Positions 1 through 10,137 of a stretch of 64,000 bases of DNA are shown here, piece after piece (the stretch's first letter is position 1; the number at the start of each line of letters is the position of its first letter). Both the position numbers and the translations under genes were made by a program. The notes under the pieces were generated by a model that worked only from the letters and a program-made list of their open reading frames with translations, did not search any database and had not been told where the DNA came from. The stretch is from a bacterium (GTDB lineage: Bacteria > Zhuqueibacterota > Zhuqueibacteria > Residuimicrobiales > Krinioviventaceae). The stretch covers positions 864,001-928,000 of the forward strand of contig CAXXFV010000023.1 in assembly GCA_963674595.2 (NCBI GenBank), read 5' to 3'.

Positions 1-562
1 TAACAATGATTTCAAGCCCGCCTGCTTCGGTGAGGGTTGATGGATTAAAGGCAGGGGTATAAAGGACTACATCCGTGGATTTCCTGGCCGCATTAACTGT
101 GTTTAACTGCTCTTTCCGGCCATTAACCAGGGCTGTCCACTCCATATCGAGCTGGTCAATCAGAACCCTGGTTCCATCTTCACTCCAGCCCAGCACAGCT
201 CTCGGAAATCTGGGAACACCAAACCATGCTCCTTTTATCTTCAGCATCCCGACTGGAATTCCCGCGAGATCCCCGTTCATTTCAAAAAAGCTGGCATTAA
301 TGCCCAAAACAGCATGCTCCCTGGCGGCGATTGAAGAAACGGTCTCTCTTCCCAGGCTGAATTCCCTGGCTTTTTCCATGACAATTCGGCCCTGCCCGGG
401 CATGAAACCGGAAATGTGTATGGAATTGGGCTCATCAGTGACTCGATGTTCATATTCAATCGAAACATTTGAATCAGGGGCAACCAACGCCTGGGCGGAA
501 AGCCCGAGGGTCATAAGCAGGGAAAGCAGGGTAATAAAAACGAACGATCTGGTTTTAAACAT
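1..562 (-). CDS. Phosphodiester glycosidase (NAGPA/DUF2233-like) family protein, paralog 1; 5' part only, runs off the window
   Basis: Reads MFKTRSFVFITLLSLLMTLGLSAQALVAPDSNV...GINASFF; very close nucleotide match to 1812-2374. Confidence 0.85.
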   Translation of the reverse strand, partial: MFKTRSFVFITLLSLLMTLGLSAQALVAPDSNVSIEYEHRVTDEPNSIHISGFMPGQGRIVMEKAREFSLGRETVSSIAAREHAVLGINASFFEMNGDLAGIPVGMLKIKGAWFGVPRFPRAVLGWSEDGTRVLIDQLDMEWTALVNGRKEQLNTVNAARKSTDVVLYTPAFNPSTLTEAGGLEIIV

Positions 563-948
563 CTCTACGCAACTCCCATAATTTGGTTTTATAAATTTCC
601 ATATCAACCTTGATATAGATGCTGTTTATTCTCACTCAGCTGAATCGAAACCTAAAATAGGACCTCTTGGGAAACCTATTTAGTTAAATTGAGTCCAGGG
701 GCACAGTCGTTACCGGCAGGCAGGAATGAGGTCGCTAATTAAATTTGACTGCTTCCTGTTATTGCTCTTTTGAAACGTTCAACTGCTTATTCTTAAACTA
801 CGAAAAGAATTGTCATTGTTTCGTTTTATACAAAGGTAGTTAGCTCGCATTCCTCGCCAAATGGCCGCTGCGAAGGCAAATACACCCGTCCGCCGGGCTG
901 GGTTATGAATCCTAAGCCTCCTCAACATACAGCCAGGTACGCCTGCGG

Positions 949-1040
949 GGCCTTAATCGCAAGCCTTGTCAGGCCGGCCCTGTCCTCCGCAGCTCGAAGA
1001 GCAAAGGGGCGTCTGCACCGCCTCGCTACGCAAGTTGGTG
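949..1040. repeat. ~92 bp intergenic repeat, copy 1 (REP-like)
   Basis: GGCCTTAATCG(C/A)AAGCCTTGTCAGGCCGGCCCTGTCCTCCGCAGCTCGAAGAGCAAAGGGG...GCAAGTTGGTG recurs at 2494-2586. Confidence 0.85.
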
Positions 1041-1252
1041 GTGAAGGCAGATTAGAATCGCGGAGATGGACATGCGGGGGTGATATTCAGGTCCGCGGCC
1101 TTCCTCTTGCCCTACGGGCTTCTTACAAGCTACGAAACACTCCATAAAGGTTATTTCGCCTCTTTTATTCCCAAATTGCCACAATGCATAATCATAAGGG
1201 AGGCCCAACCCAAACTTTGAACTTAAACTTTGAAAGCGGGCCGGTCGGAGTG

Positions 1253-2374
1253 CTACTCCGGGAGTATCATCAGGGCGTCGGAAACCGCCCTTTCGCCGCT
1301 TACGTCAGAAGGACTATTTACGACAGCACCATTCAAATACATGGTTGATGAGCCCCCGCCGTCAAGGTTGATCGCATATTTGCAGTCGAGCGAAGCCATC
1401 AGCTGGGTCAATTCCTCAAGTGACATCCCGACACTCTTTCCGGGCTGCCTCCCGTCGACAACGACAAAATACCATTTCCCCTGCCCATCGATACCTACCG
1501 CGGTCCGGGGGTGCTGGGTCGTATCGAACGCATTTCCTTGTTGATCCAGTTGTTCTATCAGGTAATCGCCTACGGGTTCTCCGTTCCAGATCAGCAGCCC
1601 TGCACCTCCGACCAGATAGTCCATCTCCTTCCATTCCGAGTCTCCCGCGTATTCTGGACGAACAGGCCTGAATTCGTAACTGATAGTTACGGGAAGCCCA
1701 ATCCTCACCGGATTTGCTTTTTTTGCGGCCTCAACCCCATAGGAAAGGACAAAGCCATTTTCAGGTATAACTGCGTTCCCGTTTGAGTGAATCTCGGCAA
1801 CCTTGCCGTCTTTAACAATGACTTCCAGGCCTCCTGATTCAGCAAGGGTTGATGAATTGAAGGCTGGCGTATAAAGGACTAAATCAGTAGAGTTTCTGGC
1901 AGCGTTAACTGTGCTCAGCTGTACTTCCCGGCCCCTGACCAAGGCTGTCCACTCCATATCAAGCTGGTCAACCAGAACCATGGTTTCATCTTCCTTCCAG
2001 CCCAGCACAGCTCTCGGAAATCTGGGAACGCCAAACCATGCTTCTTTTATCTTCAGCATTCCGACTGGAATTCCCGCGAGATCCCCGTTCATTTCAAAAA
2101 AGCTGGCATTAATGCCCAAAACAGCAAACTCCCTGGCGGCGATTGAAGAAACGGTCTCTCTTCCCAGGCTGAATTCCCTGGCTTTTTCCATGACAATTCG
2201 GCCCTGCCCGGGCATGAAAGCGGCAATGTGTATGGAATTGGGGGCACCAGTCACTCGATGTTCATATTCAATCGAAACATTTGAATCAGGGGAAACCAAC
2301 GCCTGGGCGGAAAGCCCGAGGGTCATAAGCAGGGAAAGCAGGGTGATTAAAACAACCGATCTAATTCTTAACAT
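1253..2374 (-). CDS. Phosphodiester glycosidase (NAGPA-like) family protein, paralog 2, secreted
   Basis: Signal peptide; INASFF, HPRTAVG, VDGRQ and NLDGGGSS motifs. Confidence 0.9.
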   Translation of the reverse strand: MLRIRSVVLITLLSLLMTLGLSAQALVSPDSNVSIEYEHRVTGAPNSIHIAAFMPGQGRIVMEKAREFSLGRETVSSIAAREFAVLGINASFFEMNGDLAGIPVGMLKIKEAWFGVPRFPRAVLGWKEDETMVLVDQLDMEWTALVRGREVQLSTVNAARNSTDLVLYTPAFNSSTLAESGGLEVIVKDGKVAEIHSNGNAVIPENGFVLSYGVEAAKKANPVRIGLPVTISYEFRPVRPEYAGDSEWKEMDYLVGGAGLLIWNGEPVGDYLIEQLDQQGNAFDTTQHPRTAVGIDGQGKWYFVVVDGRQPGKSVGMSLEELTQLMASLDCKYAINLDGGGSSTMYLNGAVVNSPSDVSGERAVSDALMILPE

Positions 2375-2493
2375 CTTTCTTCAACTCCAATGATTTAACC
2401 CTATAAATGTATATTTAACCTCCGCCGCTGTTGCTCCTGGTTGCCGGAATCTGAAGCAGAATCAGGCTAAACCCGGCACCTCGGACGACTCTT

Positions 2494-2586
2494 GGCCTTA
2501 ATCGAAAGCCTTGTCAGGCCGGCCCTGTCCTCCGCAGCTCGAAGAGCAAAGGGGGTGTCTTCACCGCCCTGCAAAGCAAGTTGGTG
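2494..2586. repeat. ~92 bp intergenic repeat, copy 2
   Basis: Direct repeat of 949-1040. Confidence 0.85.
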
Positions 2587-2774
2587 AGAAATAGAGGCTA
2601 ATTACTATTACGTGAATTGGCCCCATTATTTCATTTGATGAGCAGATATTTACAGGCAAGGATAAATTTAAGTTTCGTGAAAAATTCCGGTGAGTTTTCC
2701 AAAAGGGGAGGATACGCGAATCATCGGTCCGGGTTCAGGAATCAACACAGCCTCTGCCTGCATCCAGGTACTTG

Positions 2775-3893
2775 CTACCTGTTTCCATCAATAATCATCA
2801 GGGCGTCGGAAACCGCCCTTTCGCCGCTTACGTCAGAAGGACTATTTACGACAGCACCATTCAAATACATGGTAGCCGAACCTCCGCCGTCCAGATTTAT
2901 AGCATAGCGGCAGCCAAGGGAGAGCATCAGGTCGGTCATTTCATCCAGGGTCATGCCGACACTTTTTCCCGGCTGCCTGCCGTCTACCACAACAAAAATC
3001 CACTTTCCCCGGCGATTGATACCGACTGCAGTGCGGGGATGCCTGGTTGTATCAAAACCTTTACTCAGCTTTTCAACCATGTAATCCCTGACCGGCTCCC
3101 CGTCCATGATCAGCAGCCCTGCGCCTCCGACCAGGTAGTCCATTTTTTTCCAATTTTCATCCACGGCGTGGTCAGGGTGTACCGGCCTGAATTCGTAATT
3201 GATAGTTACGGGAAGCCCAATCCTCACCGGTTGTGCTTTTTTTGCGGCCTCAACCCCATAGGAAAGGACATACCCATTTTCAGGTATAACAGCGTTCCCT
3301 TTTGCATGAAAATCTGAAATTCTGCCATTTTCAACAATGATCTCCAGTCCACCTGGAGCTGTAAGGGTAGTTGTATTAAAAGCGGATGTATAAAGGAGCA
3401 GGTAATAGCGGTTTCTAACCGTGTTAACCATGTGGATGTGTTCCTCCCGGTCACCAATAACGGCTGACCAGTCCATTTCCAGCTGGTCCATGAGAAACTT
3501 GGACCCATCTTCCTTCCAGCCCAGTACCGCCCTGGGCATGCGGGGGACTCCGTACCAGTCTTCATTGATCTTGAGCATGCCAGCGGGAATTCCGGCAAAC
3601 CTGTCTTCCATGACAAAAAAACTGGCATTAATGGCCATCAGGGCATTCTCCCTGGTACTTATGGAAGATACCGTTTCCCTTCCCAGGCTGAATTTCCTGG
3701 CTTTTGCCAGGACAATCCTTCCGTGGCCCGGGTTGAACCGTGCAATGTGTATGGAATCAGGTTCATCAGTTACCAGGTGCTCATATTCAACTGCAGCCAG
3801 GGAACCAGAAGAATTAAAACACCCGACAGAGACGCCGAGTGTCAGCATAAAGGACAAAAAAGTAATTAGAACAACCGGTCTTAACTTGTACAT
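2775..3893 (-). CDS. Phosphodiester glycosidase (NAGPA-like) family protein, paralog 3, possible lipoprotein
   Basis: Same motifs (HPRTAVG, VDGRQ, NLDGGGSA); hydrophobic leader ending VSVGC. Confidence 0.9.
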   Translation of the reverse strand: MYKLRPVVLITFLSFMLTLGVSVGCFNSSGSLAAVEYEHLVTDEPDSIHIARFNPGHGRIVLAKARKFSLGRETVSSISTRENALMAINASFFVMEDRFAGIPAGMLKINEDWYGVPRMPRAVLGWKEDGSKFLMDQLEMDWSAVIGDREEHIHMVNTVRNRYYLLLYTSAFNTTTLTAPGGLEIIVENGRISDFHAKGNAVIPENGYVLSYGVEAAKKAQPVRIGLPVTINYEFRPVHPDHAVDENWKKMDYLVGGAGLLIMDGEPVRDYMVEKLSKGFDTTRHPRTAVGINRRGKWIFVVVDGRQPGKSVGMTLDEMTDLMLSLGCRYAINLDGGGSATMYLNGAVVNSPSDVSGERAVSDALMIIDGNR

Positions 3894-4114
3894 TTTTGCT
3901 CAACCAGGATTACGGACAGGTTCTTTCTGAAATAATACCATGCCGGGATACAATTAAAGATTCAAAATTCAACTGCCATGAAACTGGAAGCTCAAACCGC
4001 TGAGGTTGAACTTTGAAACTTGAACCACTAATTAACGCCCAGTTTGAACAATCAGATAAATTTACCGTATAATTATTGTATAAATATCCAATAATTATAC
4101 AGGAGAGTTTTCTA

Positions 4115-5359
4115 ATGAATTCCAAAAAGGTAGTTTTAGCGTACAGCGGAGGTCTTGATACCTCTGTAATCCTCAAATGGCTCCTGGAACGTGACTATGA
4201 AGTCATAGCCTACATTGCTGATGTCGGACAGGAAGATGATTTCGAGGCAGCCAGGGCCAAGGCTCTGAAGATCGGTGCCTCCAAGGTATATGTTGAAGAC
4301 CTGAGGCGGGATTTTGTTGAAAACTACATCTTTCCGGCCTTCAAGGCCAACGCGGTTTACGAAAGCCGCTATTTACTGGGAACCGCGCTGGCACGGCCTC
4401 CCATCGCCAAACGGCATATTGAGATCGCCCGGAAAGAGAACGCCGCATACGTGGCCCACGGAGCAACCGGAAAAGGAAATGACCAGGTCCGTTTCGAGCT
4501 CGCTTATTATGCCCTGGAACCGACAATTAAGGTAATCGCCCCCTGGAAAATGCCCTCCTTCCTGGATGAATTCAAGGGACGGCGGGACATGATTGCCTAT
4601 GCCGAAAAACATGGTATCGACATTAAGGTTACAGCCGGAAAACCATACAGCGAAGACGACAACCTGCTGCACATCAGCCATGAAGCCGGAATCCTGGAAG
4701 ATCCCTCTGTTGAGCCTGAGAAGAATGTTTATTCAAAAACAGTGGATCCTGAGGACGCGCCGGACAAACCCACCCGGATCTCCATTGAATTCCGCGACGG
4801 GATTCCGGTCAAGGTGAAAAACCTGGATAACGGTACTGAAAAAACCGATTCCCTGGAACTTTTCATTTACTTGAATGAACTGGGAGCGGCCAATGGCATC
4901 GGTCGCATCGACATCGTGGAAAACCGGTATGTGGGAATCAAATCCCGTGGTGTTTACGAGACTCCCGGGGGAACGATTCTGCATACGGCCCATACCGACA
5001 TCGAGGGCATTGCCATGGACCGGGAAGTGATGCGGCTGCGTGACATGCTTTCAGCCAAGCTGGCTGAATTGATCTACAACGGATTCTGGTTCAGCCCTGA
5101 AATGGATTTTCTCCGCTCTGCCATTGATAAAAGCCAGGAAGTGATCGACGGGACCGTGAACCTCAAGCTGTACAAGGGCAACGTGTTCGTTTTAAGCCGC
5201 GAAAGCCACAGTTCACTTTATGACCAGGATCTCTCCAGCATGGACATTGAGGGAGGTTTCAACCAGCAGGATTCCGAAGGGTTCATTAAGATCAATGCCA
5301 TCAGGCTCATGGCCCACAACGCTATTATAAAGAAAAGAAGCCTTAACGGAAAAAGCTGA
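4115..5359 (+). CDS. argG: Argininosuccinate synthase
   Basis: [42 protein letters not shown]; AGGAG RBS upstream of ATG 4115. Confidence 0.97.
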   Translation: MNSKKVVLAYSGGLDTSVILKWLLERDYEVIAYIADVGQEDDFEAARAKALKIGASKVYVEDLRRDFVENYIFPAFKANAVYESRYLLGTALARPPIAKRHIEIARKENAAYVAHGATGKGNDQVRFELAYYALEPTIKVIAPWKMPSFLDEFKGRRDMIAYAEKHGIDIKVTAGKPYSEDDNLLHISHEAGILEDPSVEPEKNVYSKTVDPEDAPDKPTRISIEFRDGIPVKVKNLDNGTEKTDSLELFIYLNELGAANGIGRIDIVENRYVGIKSRGVYETPGGTILHTAHTDIEGIAMDREVMRLRDMLSAKLAELIYNGFWFSPEMDFLRSAIDKSQEVIDGTVNLKLYKGNVFVLSRESHSSLYDQDLSSMDIEGGFNQQDSEGFIKINAIRLMAHNAIIKKRSLNGKS

Positions 5360-5428
5360 TCAACAGGAAGATTTTCGGCTGTAAAGCCCAAAGCTTTCCT
5401 GGTCCAGCTCACCCAAGCAGGTATCGCG

Positions 5429-5465
5429 AATCGCCGGATCAGGGTTAACCCCGATCCGGCGATTC
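5429..5465. terminator. Hairpin between convergent genes, likely bidirectional terminator
   Basis: AATCGCCGGATC...GATCCGGCGATT inverted repeat. Confidence 0.65.
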
Positions 5466-5467
5466 CT

Positions 5468-6607
5468 CTACTGCCCGCTTGATTCCAATACCTGTTTTAT
5501 GGCCGGAACCTTGGGATCATCAGGGAAATTATCGATGAAATCATGCAGTTCAGCCGCCATATTCTCACCCTCACCCCAGAGGCGATAAATCTCCGCGCTG
5601 AGAATCTGAGGCTGGGAAAAATGCTTGGGATTAATAGTCTTGGCTTTAACCAGCTGATCCATTGCCAGGGACAGTTCCTGTAACTGGTAAAGGGCCATTC
5701 CCAGCTGGGCCCGGGGCTGCGGGTCTCCAGGCATGATCAAGACTGCTTTTTCATAAAGCGCCCTTGCTCCTGCCGGGTCCCCTTTTACCAGCAATATGGT
5801 TCCAAGGTCCGCCAGAGAACGGGATGAATTGGAATCTATTTCCAGGGACTTTCTAAAATATTTTTCAGCATCATCCAGTTTACCCGCGGAATGCTGAATC
5901 ATTCCCATATACTCCCAGGCCTCAGCATAATGGTCAGCTTCCTTCACCGCTTCCTCAAATTCCTTGAAGGCTTTTTTCCCGTTTCCCTTGCCGAAATCCT
6001 TGACTCCTTTTTCAAAAGCCTTGGCAGCCTTCTCAGGAATCTTTTCTCTATCTATTGGTTCGATAACAGTGCCTTCGGCTTCAAAATCAAATTCGAGTTT
6101 CAGCTTCCCATCCTTATCCACCGAGTCAGGTGAAACCTTAATTTCCTTTTCCATATATCCCAGGTCAGGGATGGCAAAAGTGAGCTTATAAGTCCCCGGT
6201 TGAAGCCCGTCTATTTTGAATCGTCCCTTTGGGGCTTCAGTCATAACACAGTGCCGGTGATTTTCATTAAGCTGCAGAAATACCAGGGGTTTCATTTCCA
6301 CAAATTCATAGGTATCCTTAGAACTCCATTGACCGGGGCCACCAGACATTCCTCCGACATTGCTTGAGGCCCCACTCATGGTAGCAGGGCTTACCTCGAA
6401 GCTCATTACCTGCATTTTCTTTTTAACCCGCCCCGCATGCGGAAGCCCAACCTGCCCTTCCAGCCGGTACTGGTCAGCGGCAACTGCGGTATCGGTAACC
6501 GCAAAAACTCCAAGCCCCCCCAGGATAAAAACCCAGGAAAACAGTCTCATTGATGTTCTTGCAAACCGTAAATATTCCCTTGAAGATATGAATAATCTGC
6601 CTGCCAT
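5468..6607 (-). CDS. Exported protein with carboxypeptidase-regulatory-like beta domain and TPR repeats
   Basis: Hydrophobic leader; GRFKIDGLQPGTYKL motif; C-terminal TPR pattern (AEAWEYMG...AEKYFRKSLEID). Confidence 0.75.
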   Translation of the reverse strand: MAGRLFISSREYLRFARTSMRLFSWVFILGGLGVFAVTDTAVAADQYRLEGQVGLPHAGRVKKKMQVMSFEVSPATMSGASSNVGGMSGGPGQWSSKDTYEFVEMKPLVFLQLNENHRHCVMTEAPKGRFKIDGLQPGTYKLTFAIPDLGYMEKEIKVSPDSVDKDGKLKLEFDFEAEGTVIEPIDREKIPEKAAKAFEKGVKDFGKGNGKKAFKEFEEAVKEADHYAEAWEYMGMIQHSAGKLDDAEKYFRKSLEIDSNSSRSLADLGTILLVKGDPAGARALYEKAVLIMPGDPQPRAQLGMALYQLQELSLAMDQLVKAKTINPKHFSQPQILSAEIYRLWGEGENMAAELHDFIDNFPDDPKVPAIKQVLESSGQ

Positions 6608-6823
6608 ATTAATTCGGTACCCCCTTCACAATTTTTATACGAATAATCTACTCCTTATAGGGAATTAAAAAAAGTAGACCCCGTCATATTTACTTATAGA
6701 TACGTACCAGTCCCAAAACATTTCAAAAAAAAATTTGGAGTGGGCTCATAACAGTTCCGCCTGCCATACCTATCATTTCATTAAGCAAATTAAACCTCAG
6801 CGTTCCAGCGGAACCCATCTTCT

Positions 6824-6877
6824 CTATCGTTGTCGCTATCGTAGTCGCTATCGCTGTCGTAATCGCAGTCGTAGTCG
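6824..6877. repeat. Degenerate hexamer tandem (NNNTCG)x9 upstream of comM
   Basis: CTATCG TTGTCG CTATCG TAGTCG CTATCG CTGTCG TAATCG CAGTCG TAGTCG. Confidence 0.8.
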
Positions 6878-6998
6878 CTCCATGATTGCCTTCCCAGCTC
6901 TTTTCACTGATCTCACTTTGAAAAATTATCAGTAAATTTCGCCAATTCTTTTTTCTGTACGTTTTTTCTTACAGACGATAACCTGCGGGAGAAAAAAT

Positions 6999-8553
6999 AT
7001 GCTGTTAAAAGTACATAGTGCTTATGTCCTGGGCATTGATGCCCAGATGATTGATATTGAGGTTGATTTGTCGGTTTCTGAAAAACCTCAATACCACGTA
7101 GTAGGACTGCCGGACACTGCCATCAAGGAAAGCGGGAAAAGGGTACAGGCTGCCATACGCAACTGCTGCTTCTGCTATCCCGGCACCGGAGCCATCACCG
7201 TGAACCTGGCCCCGGCTGATTTCAAAAAGGAGGGGGTCCTGTTATGACCTGCCCATTGCCCTGGCGGTCATGGGTATTACCGGAGGAATGGAGGAAAGCC
7301 GCTTACGGGACTGGCTGATCCTGGGCGAACTCTCCCTGGACGGAAGTGTCAGGCCGATCAAGGGAGCTTTACCTGTGGCACTCAGTGCCAAAAAGAATGG
7401 CTTCCGCCGGGTCCTGCTGCCCGGCGCCAATGCCAGGGAAGCCTCGGTAGTCCGGGGAATTGAAATCTACCCGGCGGCTTCCCTGCCCCAGGTTGTGCAC
7501 CTGCTGACTGAAGGCTCCACCCAGGACGCGGTTAAACCGCTGGACCACAACCGTCTGCTTGAGGAAAATCCCGTGAACGCTCCTGACTTCTCAGAAATCA
7601 AGGGCCAGCAGGCAGCCAAGAGGGCGGTGGAAGTGGCGTGCGCCGGGGGGCACAACATCCTGCTTAATAGGGCCGCCAGGTTCCGGAAAGACCATGCTGG
7701 CCAAGCGGATACCCTTCCATCAATCCCGAGGATGACCTTTCACGAAGCCCTGGAAGCCTCGGCAGTACACAGTGTCTGCGGAAGCCTGCCCGGGGACAAA
7801 CCTTTTCTGACTCGGCGCCCTTTCCGCTCTCCGCACCACACCATCAGCGCCGCCGGCCTGGTGGGCGGAGGCTCCAATCCCCGTCCCGGAGAGGTATCCC
7901 TGGCCCACAACGGAGTACTCTTCCTGGACGAACTTCCGGAGTTCAACCACCACGTGCTGGAAGTGCTGCGCCAGCCCCTGGAGGACCGGGTGATTACAAT
8001 CAGCCGGGCGGCCCGCTCCCTCACCTTTCCGGCGGACTTCATCCTGGCGGCGGCCATGAATCCCTGCCCCTGCGGCTACTACAACAGCCACCTAAAGGAC
8101 TGTAAATGCACACCCCCGGCCATCCAGCATTACCTGAACCGGATCTCGGGGCCGCTCCTGGACCGGATCGACCTGCAGGTTGCCGTTCCCGAAGTCAGCC
8201 ACGATGAAATGCTCGCGGCTCCGAAAGGAGAATGTTCCGCCGTGATCGCGGCAAGGATCACCGCGGCCCGAAAAATCCAGGGGGAGAGGTTCAAAAAAAC
8301 AAATGGCCGCTACTGCAATGACCAAATGACTCCCCGGGAGATTGAAATTTACTGCGCCCTGAACCAGGAGTCCCGGGAATGCATAGAGGAATCCATGAGG
8401 ACCATGAAACTTTCGGCCCGGGCCTACCACCGCATCCTGAAAGTCGCCCGCACCATCGCCGACCTGGAAGGCGATCCTGAAATCTCCTCCGGCCACCTGT
8501 CAGAAGCCGCTAACTACCGGTCGCTTGACCGGGATTACTGGAGTGGGTTTTGA
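6999..8553 (+). CDS. comM: ComM/YifB Mg-chelatase-like AAA+ ATPase, interrupted by four single-base insertions (probable sequencing errors; could be a pseudogene)
   Basis: VVGLPDTAIKES, VNLAPAD, GELSLDG, PFRSPHH, GEVSLAHNGVLFLDE, AMNPCPCG, SARAYHRILKVARTIADL. Removing an extra G (7232-7236), A (7666), C (7712-14) and A (7722) restores KKEGSCYDLPIA and Walker A IGPPGSGKTML. Confidence 0.92.
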
Positions 8554-8561
8554 GGAAGGAA

Positions 8562-8648
8562 TTTAACGCAATGACGCGGGGACGCAAAGACGCAAGGAAT
8601 TCATTCAATACTCATTGCGCCTCTGCGACATTGCGCCATGGCGTTAAA
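8562..8648. repeat. REP-like imperfect palindrome directly after comM
   Basis: TTTAACGCAATGACGCGGGGACGCAAAGACGCAA...TTGCGCCTCTGCGACATTGCGCCATGGCGTTAAA; similar element at 20134-20211. Confidence 0.7.
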
Positions 8649-8678
8649 AAGGAAGAAGACCCGTATAATCATGTATTT

Positions 8679-8707
8679 TTGACTTTATTTTTATGCCCGC
8701 CTACACT
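8679..8707 (+). promoter_or_regulatory. Candidate sigma70 promoter
   Basis: TTGACT-17bp-TACACT upstream of the ORF at 8794. Confidence 0.45.
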
Positions 8708-8793
8708 AAAATTCGAGAAGCGAATTCCTTCCGGTGGACCAATGAAATTTGAGATTAAATCATTCACTTTGACAACACAAAAGGAACAAAACT

Positions 8794-9741
8794 ATGAGAC
8801 CATCACTATTAATTTCAGGCGCTCTGCTGTGCATGGTAATTGTAGCTGGCTTATCATGTGTCCAAAATGATGCAACTCCCGTTGTCACAGAGACACAGGT
8901 GGTCGCCGAAACCGGCCAACCTCCTTCTCCGCCGGCCGGATGGCTCGACCGTTACATTATAGCGAACGGAATTCGCATCCATTACTGGCGTACCGGCGGC
9001 GACAAACCCGTGCTGTTGATGGCCCACGGTTCATCGGACTATGGGCTGTGCTGGACAAATCTGGCGATGGCACTGGAAGGGGACTACGACATTATCATGG
9101 TGGATGCACGAGGACACGGTTTTTCGGATCCGCCCTCCAAATCTGATCCCGTCGATGCCCAGGTCGAAGATCTGGCCGGTCTGATTAGTGAGTTGAAGCT
9201 GGAAAAGCCTATCATGATGGGCCACTCGATGGGGAGCTCTTCCATGTCATGGTTTGCCGCGAGGTACCCCGATATCCCTCAAGCCGTCATTCTTGTGGAT
9301 CCCGGCCTTACACCCCGATCTGCCGGTAATGCCAGTCCCGCTGAAGTCGCGAAAGCACAGGAGGAAAGACGCGCCCAGATACTGGAGCGTAACAACATGA
9401 CGTACGAAGAGCTCGTTGCCTTCGTTATGGAGGGGAATTCTCACTGGGACCGACCCGAAATTGAATTCTGGGCCGTCTCACAGCATCTCCATCATCCCGA
9501 CAATGCTTACAGGAGCCGTAGCGGCTACCCGGCTATGACTGAGTTGTTTGCCAAGATTACCGCGCCGACACTTATCCTCAAAGCCGACGCCGAGGATGAT
9601 GTCCAAAAGCAGAATGAAGAAGTGGCCGGAATTCTCCAAAATGGGAAAATAGTCCACATCGAAGGTGCCGGTCACAGTGTTCACCGGGATCAGAAGGAAC
9701 GCCTACTCACAGCGCTGAGGGCGTTTCTCGCCGAGTTGTGA
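8794..9741 (+). CDS. Alpha/beta hydrolase, probable lipoprotein
   Basis: HG oxyanion motif, DARGHG, GHSMG nucleophile elbow, GAGHSVH; leader ending AGLSC. Confidence 0.9.
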   Translation: MRPSLLISGALLCMVIVAGLSCVQNDATPVVTETQVVAETGQPPSPPAGWLDRYIIANGIRIHYWRTGGDKPVLLMAHGSSDYGLCWTNLAMALEGDYDIIMVDARGHGFSDPPSKSDPVDAQVEDLAGLISELKLEKPIMMGHSMGSSSMSWFAARYPDIPQAVILVDPGLTPRSAGNASPAEVAKAQEERRAQILERNNMTYEELVAFVMEGNSHWDRPEIEFWAVSQHLHHPDNAYRSRSGYPAMTELFAKITAPTLILKADAEDDVQKQNEEVAGILQNGKIVHIEGAGHSVHRDQKERLLTALRAFLAEL

Positions 9742-9752
9742 CACCTAGTATG

Positions 9753-10028
9753 ATCGAGAGTTGGCGCGGCCTCAACCTGGAATCCCGGGACTGAATTGAC
9801 AACGCCATGCGGACCATGAAGCTTTCGGCCCGGGCCCACTGGAAGTGAGATCTGTGATGTGAGATAGACGAAGTAGAGTTCGAACTTCTCAAATCTTACA
9901 TCTCACTTCGAAGTGGCCCGCACCATCGCCGACCTGGAAGGGGAAGCGGAGATCTCCGCCAGGCACATCTCCGAAACCGCCAACTACCGGTCTCTAGATA
10001 GAGACTACTGGGAAGGATTTTGAGGAAG
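9753..10028 (+). pseudogene. comM 3' fragment (copy 2) from a diverged allele, carrying a palindromic insertion
   Basis: Encodes ..NAMRTMKLSARA[insert]VARTIADLEGEAEISARHISETANYRSLDRDYWEGF*, homologous to 8340-8553. Confidence 0.9.
9831..9920. repeat. ~90 bp hairpin (GTGAGAT-type REP-like) inside the comM fragment
   Basis: CGGGCCCACTGGAAGTGAGAT...ATCTCACTTCGAAGTGGCCCG; inner GATGTGAGAT/ATCTTACATC. Confidence 0.8.
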
Positions 10029-10137
10029 TGACGACTGTACAGATTGAAACACCTATCATTTTTCACTTACTCCAGGTGTAGGTTGTCATCGGAAAGGGGG
10101 TAATCAAGCCCATAAAGTCTCTCTTAATTATTTGCCT

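Noticed and set aside
75-581. Long antisense or shadow ORFs (also 1911-2393, 24973-25830, 44988-45905, 15507-16220 and others)
   Set aside because: They lie opposite or within well-supported genes and have no recognisable motifs.
7245-7247. Selenocysteine or readthrough TGA in comM (likewise at 56417-56419)
   Set aside because: The downstream homology continues in a different frame, so these are frameshifts.
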